Source: a bacterium (GTDB lineage: Bacteria > Myxococcota_A > Bradymonadia > UBA7976 > UBA1532). From it: a DNA stretch of 64,000 nucleotides. Under the pieces are notes generated by a model. The model made no database searches and had not been told where the DNA came from. It saw only the letters and a program-made list of their open reading frames with translations. The DNA is taken from contig JAUHXC010000051.1 in the NCBI GenBank assembly GCA_030427205.1, forward strand, positions 1,336-65,335, written 5' to 3'. The translations under genes were made by a program, and so were the position numbers. Shown here piece after piece: positions 60,559 through 64,000 of the stretch (the first letter of the stretch is position 1; every line of letters begins with the position of its first letter).

Positions 60559-61812
60559 TCAGAGGTCTCCGCGGAAGGCCCGCTGGGTCAGGGCGTGGAA
60601 GAGGGTGTCGGCTTTGTCGGCGGCGGCGGTGAGGCGATCGCGAACAGCCCCGATGGCGGCTGCATGACTCGCGTAGGAAAGCTGCAAATCGAGCGGCGGC
60701 GCTAGCACGTTGAGCGCCCTCACTTGTCGGGTGCTGATGGTGTTCAAACCCGACGTTGTCTTGCCGAACCGCTGGAGTTGCCGCTGACCGCCGGCGCTGT
60801 TGATGAACGCCGTCACATACACCGCATCGGCATTGTCCGGATTCACCCGAGTTCGAATGAGGTGGTTCTGATGAACGCAGTCGGCTATCGAGCCATCCCA
60901 GATGGCAGCGCGACCGATCTCATTGAGGTTGCCGTGACCTTCGACCAGCAGGATGTCTCCCGATGCGAGGCGTGTCCGTTCGAGTTCGCGCTCGGTGACA
61001 CGCATCGCCTTCACCTCATCCAGGTCGAGGGACGCGCGGTAGACATTGGCGACGCGCAGATAGGGGACCTCAATGGGGTGCCTCGCTCTCTTACGAGAGA
61101 CTTGGAGGCCACCTTGCACCTCAGCAAGCTCGCCGAGCTTGGCAGCGGGCCAGCCCTTCGGGTTGGTCACCGGGTCGCCGAACATGTCGAGGAAGGTCGA
61201 CCGCAGCAGCTCCTCGGTCAGCGCGATGGCCGCCCGCCGCTTGCGCCGGATGGCGTCGGCCCGGTCGAGGATGTCGGCGATGCGGCGCTGCTCTTCGATG
61301 GGTGGGAGCAGCACCGCAAAACGCCTGACCGTCGGCATATAGATGGTCTGGTGCGTGCTGCCCTGCTTTTCTTTCAAAAAGGTCAACTCGGACGCCTTGA
61401 ACGCCCAGAACAGAAAGTCGGGATCCAGACGCGGCCCGCACACCCAGTTGACGAAGTCCTGACTGGTCGCCATTTCCCCACCGAGGATGGCGACCTTGCC
61501 GACAGACGCAGTTCGACACAGGGCCACAGTATCGGCCGGCAGCAGTCGAGCAGAGGAGTTTTCGATACCCAAGTTCGTCGGCATGTCTTGCGTCTCGTAG
61601 ACGCGCTTGCCCTTCAGGGCCGACACATCCTTGAGCGACAGCCACGGGACGTCACCACCGTCCCAATACTCGGGCTGGCGGCGGCTGGGCGTGTGTCCGC
61701 TCTCCAGCCTCGCGACATCGAGAAGCGGCACCCATGCCCAGCCCTGCGGAACCCGGTCAGACGGCACCGCGGTTCGAACCGGCGAGAAGCCATTCGCTAC
61801 AACGACCGTCAC
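60559..61812 (-). CDS. hsdS: Type I restriction enzyme S subunit
   Basis: Two TRDs with conserved LPPIEEQRRIADILD, FLDMFGDP..NPKGW, ALTQRAFRGDL. Confidence 0.95.
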   Translation of the reverse strand: MTVVVANGFSPVRTAVPSDRVPQGWAWVPLLDVARLESGHTPSRRQPEYWDGGDVPWLSLKDVSALKGKRVYETQDMPTNLGIENSSARLLPADTVALCRTASVGKVAILGGEMATSQDFVNWVCGPRLDPDFLFWAFKASELTFLKEKQGSTHQTIYMPTVRRFAVLLPPIEEQRRIADILDRADAIRRKRRAAIALTEELLRSTFLDMFGDPVTNPKGWPAAKLGELAEVQGGLQVSRKRARHPIEVPYLRVANVYRASLDLDEVKAMRVTERELERTRLASGDILLVEGHGNLNEIGRAAIWDGSIADCVHQNHLIRTRVNPDNADAVYVTAFINSAGGQRQLQRFGKTTSGLNTISTRQVRALNVLAPPLDLQLSYASHAAAIGAVRDRLTAAADKADTLFHALTQRAFRGDL

Positions 61813-63275
61813 TGAAGCATCCCCTTCAGCTTCGCCAGATCGCCCGCGATCTCCGCTTGCAGCTTCTCCAGCTTCCCGATGATCACCGCTGGCGCCTCGT
61901 ACTCGACCTCCTCGTACTCGATCTCCTTGTAGCGGTTGATCGACAAGTCATAGCCCTGCCCCGCGATCTCGGCCTTCGGCACCGTGAACCACTTGCCCTT
62001 GCGATCCCCCTCCCCCGCCGTCCCCCGCGCGGCCCACTGCGCCACGATCTCGGGGATGTCATCGGCGTCCACCGGCTGCCGCTTGTCATCCAGCGAGAAG
62101 CCATCGGCCTGCATGTCGTAGAACCACACGCGGTCGGTCCCGCCGGCGCCGGTTTTGGTGAACAGCAGCACCGCCGTCGACACCCCGGCGTAGGGCTTGA
62201 ACACCCCCGATGGCATCGACACCACGCCGTCGAGCTTGTGATCCTCCACCAGCAGCTTGCGCACCGCCTTGTGGGCCTTCGACGAGCCGAAGAGCACGCC
62301 GTCGGGCACGATCACCGCCGCCCGGCCGCCGGCCTTCAAGATGCGCAGCATCTGCACCAGAAACAGCAGCTCGGTCTTGCTCGTCTTGACCACCCGCGAG
62401 AGGTCTTTGGCGATGGTCGACTTCTGCACGCTGCCCTTGAACGGCGGGTTGGCCAGCACGACGGTGTACGAGCCGTCGTCCCCCGCGGCGTCTTCGCTCA
62501 GCGAGTCGCGGGCCTCGATGTCGGGGTCGCCGATGCCGTGCATCATCATGTTCATGCTGCCGATGCGCAGCATGGTCGCGTCGAAGTCATAGCCATGGAA
62601 CATGCCGCCGCCGTAGTGCGCCCGCAGCGTCGTGTCGCCCATGATCATCGCGTCGCGCACGTGCTCGGCGGCCACCACCAGGAAGCCCGCGGTGCCACAG
62701 GCCGGATCACACACCGTCTCTCTCACGCTGGGCTTGGGGTCGACCATGCGCACCATCATCTGGATGATGTGCCGCGGCGTACGGAACTGCCCGTTGGTGC
62801 CGGCCGTCGTCAGCTTCGACAGCATGTACTCGTAGAGGTCGCCCTGGGTGTCGCGGTCGTGCAGCGGCAGCGCGCCGATCTGGTCGACCACGGTCTCGAG
62901 CAGCGCCGGGCTGCCGATCATGAAGACGGCGTCTTTCATGTGCCGGGCGTACGAGGTCTCGCCCTCGGCGCCGCCGAGCGCCTTGATATAAGGGAAGGCC
63001 TTGTCGCGCACGACCGCCAGCATGGCCTCGGGGTCGGTCATCTGCGCGATCTTCGACCAGCGCAGGTCTTGCTGGTCGGGGCCGAACCGCAGGCCGGTGG
63101 GGGTGCGCTTCAGGCGGTTGGCCGACTTGTAGCGGCGCAGCTCTTCGTCGTCGAGTCGCTTGAGAAACAGCAGGTACGAGATCTGTTCGATGACGGTCAG
63201 CGGGTTGCTGATGCCGTTGTTCCAGAAGGTGGTCCACAGGCGGTCCACCTTGTTCTTCAGCTCGCCCGTGATCAC
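61809..63275 (-). CDS. hsdM: Type I restriction-modification methyltransferase (N6-adenine)
   Basis: ITGELKNKVDRLW, GQFRTPRHII, DPACGTAGFL, LANPPF. Natural start GTG 63275 with GGGAG RBS. Confidence 0.95.
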   Translation of the reverse strand: MITGELKNKVDRLWTTFWNNGISNPLTVIEQISYLLFLKRLDDEELRRYKSANRLKRTPTGLRFGPDQQDLRWSKIAQMTDPEAMLAVVRDKAFPYIKALGGAEGETSYARHMKDAVFMIGSPALLETVVDQIGALPLHDRDTQGDLYEYMLSKLTTAGTNGQFRTPRHIIQMMVRMVDPKPSVRETVCDPACGTAGFLVVAAEHVRDAMIMGDTTLRAHYGGGMFHGYDFDATMLRIGSMNMMMHGIGDPDIEARDSLSEDAAGDDGSYTVVLANPPFKGSVQKSTIAKDLSRVVKTSKTELLFLVQMLRILKAGGRAAVIVPDGVLFGSSKAHKAVRKLLVEDHKLDGVVSMPSGVFKPYAGVSTAVLLFTKTGAGGTDRVWFYDMQADGFSLDDKRQPVDADDIPEIVAQWAARGTAGEGDRKGKWFTVPKAEIAGQGYDLSINRYKEIEYEEVEYEAPAVIIGKLEKLQAEIAGDLAKLKGMLQ

Positions 63276-63398
63276 GCGCGCTCCCGGTTCGCCGGCCGGC
63301 CGGCGGTCTGGTGTGAAGCGGCCGGCGTCGTCCCCGCGCCCCGGCTCGCGCAGGCAGCCTATGCGCTGCCGGCGCCCGCGGCAAGCGGGTGATGATCC

Positions 63399-63860
63399 GG
63401 CGCGCGGCGTATGGGCAACGCTGAGGGTGGGCGCGGCGGGCGCGGGGGTGATGGTTTGGGTGGTCGCGGCGGGCGCGTGGGCAGCGCTGAGGGTGGGCAC
63501 GGCGGGCGCGGGGGCAGCGCTGAGGGTGGACACGGCGGGCGCGTGGGCAGCGCTGAGGGTGGGCACGGCGGGCGCGGGGGTGATGGTTTGGGTGGTCGCG
63601 GCGGGCGCGTGGGCAGCGCTGAGGGTGGTCGCGGCGGGCGCGTGGGCAGCGCTGAGGGTGGGCACGGCGGGCGCGTGGGCAGCGCTGAGGGTGGGCACGG
63701 CGGGCGCGGGGGCAGCGCTGAGGGTGGACACGGCGGGCGCGGGGGTGATGGTTTGGGTGGTCGCGGCGGGCGCGTGGGCAGCGCTGAGGGTGGGCGCGGC
63801 GGGCGCGGGGGCAGCGCTGAGGGTGGGCGCGGCGGGCGCGTGGGCAGCGCTGAGGGTGGG
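63399..63860. repeat. 14 x 33-bp tandem minisatellite upstream of hsdM
   Basis: Eleven units of the [11 protein letters not shown] type and three of the [10 protein letters not shown](V/A) type; no spacers. Confidence 0.92.
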
Positions 63861-64000
63861 CATGGCGATCCAGCTCTCGGCGGCTCGGAACGCGCCAACA
63901 GTGTTGCGTTGCCGTGCTCGTCTACGGCACCCCCGCTGCGCGGGGGCGGGATCTCCGGTCGATGCTCGCGCTCGCTTTGCTCGCGACTGCGCTCTCCCTC

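Noticed and set aside
55649-63392. Long plus-strand ORFs over the AlkB and hsd genes
   Set aside because: Antisense shadows of well-supported minus-strand genes.
63399-63860. Possible CRISPR array
   Set aside because: Units are contiguous with no unique spacers, and there are no cas genes; it is a tandem repeat.
63276-63863. 684-aa HsdM with N-terminal extension as the annotated gene
   Set aside because: HsdM similarity begins at ITGELKNKVD with its own RBS; the extension is kept only as a hypothesis.
63925-64000. REP-like sequence (GCTCGCTTTGCTCGC) at the window end
   Set aside because: Single, possibly truncated copy; cannot be supported within this window.

Overview
Very GC-rich bacterial DNA, probably from a Myxococcota-like genome (inferred from a MYXO-CTERM-like motif, Asp-Ala-rich lipoprotein linkers, an FHA/sigma54-activator remnant and Cys-rich surface proteins). 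About 48 plausible CDS; no rRNA, tRNA, CRISPR array, integrase, transposase or reverse transcriptase was seen. Main blocks: (1) a Ras/Rab-like small GTPase module (coiled-coil protein, OmpA protein, GTPase, histidine kinase) with two small opposite-strand orphan genes, one inside and one flanking it, that have sigma54-type promoters and shared GAGAC repeats; (2) a VKOR-DsbA / OmpA-like / TlpA redox cluster; (3) a surface lipoprotein with a vWA domain and three animal-type SRCR domains; (4) a MoxR-vWA ternary conflict system (EAD-like + dead trypsin + iSTAND-like protein, MoxR, membrane vWA-FGE/C-type-lectin protein, extra FGE paralogue) whose lectin tips look like DGR variable regions; (5) a yhcG/DUF1016 nuclease gene whose internal palindrome recurs as a free-standing intergenic hairpin 1,577 bp upstream; (6) a six-gene envelope operon of unknown function; (7) a NERD-like nuclease with wHTH-like repeats and an acidic twin-CX10C lipoprotein; (8) a type I restriction-modification operon followed by two AlkB-like dioxygenases and preceded by a 14 x 33-bp G-rich tandem array. 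All domain calls come from motifs read by eye; no database search was run.
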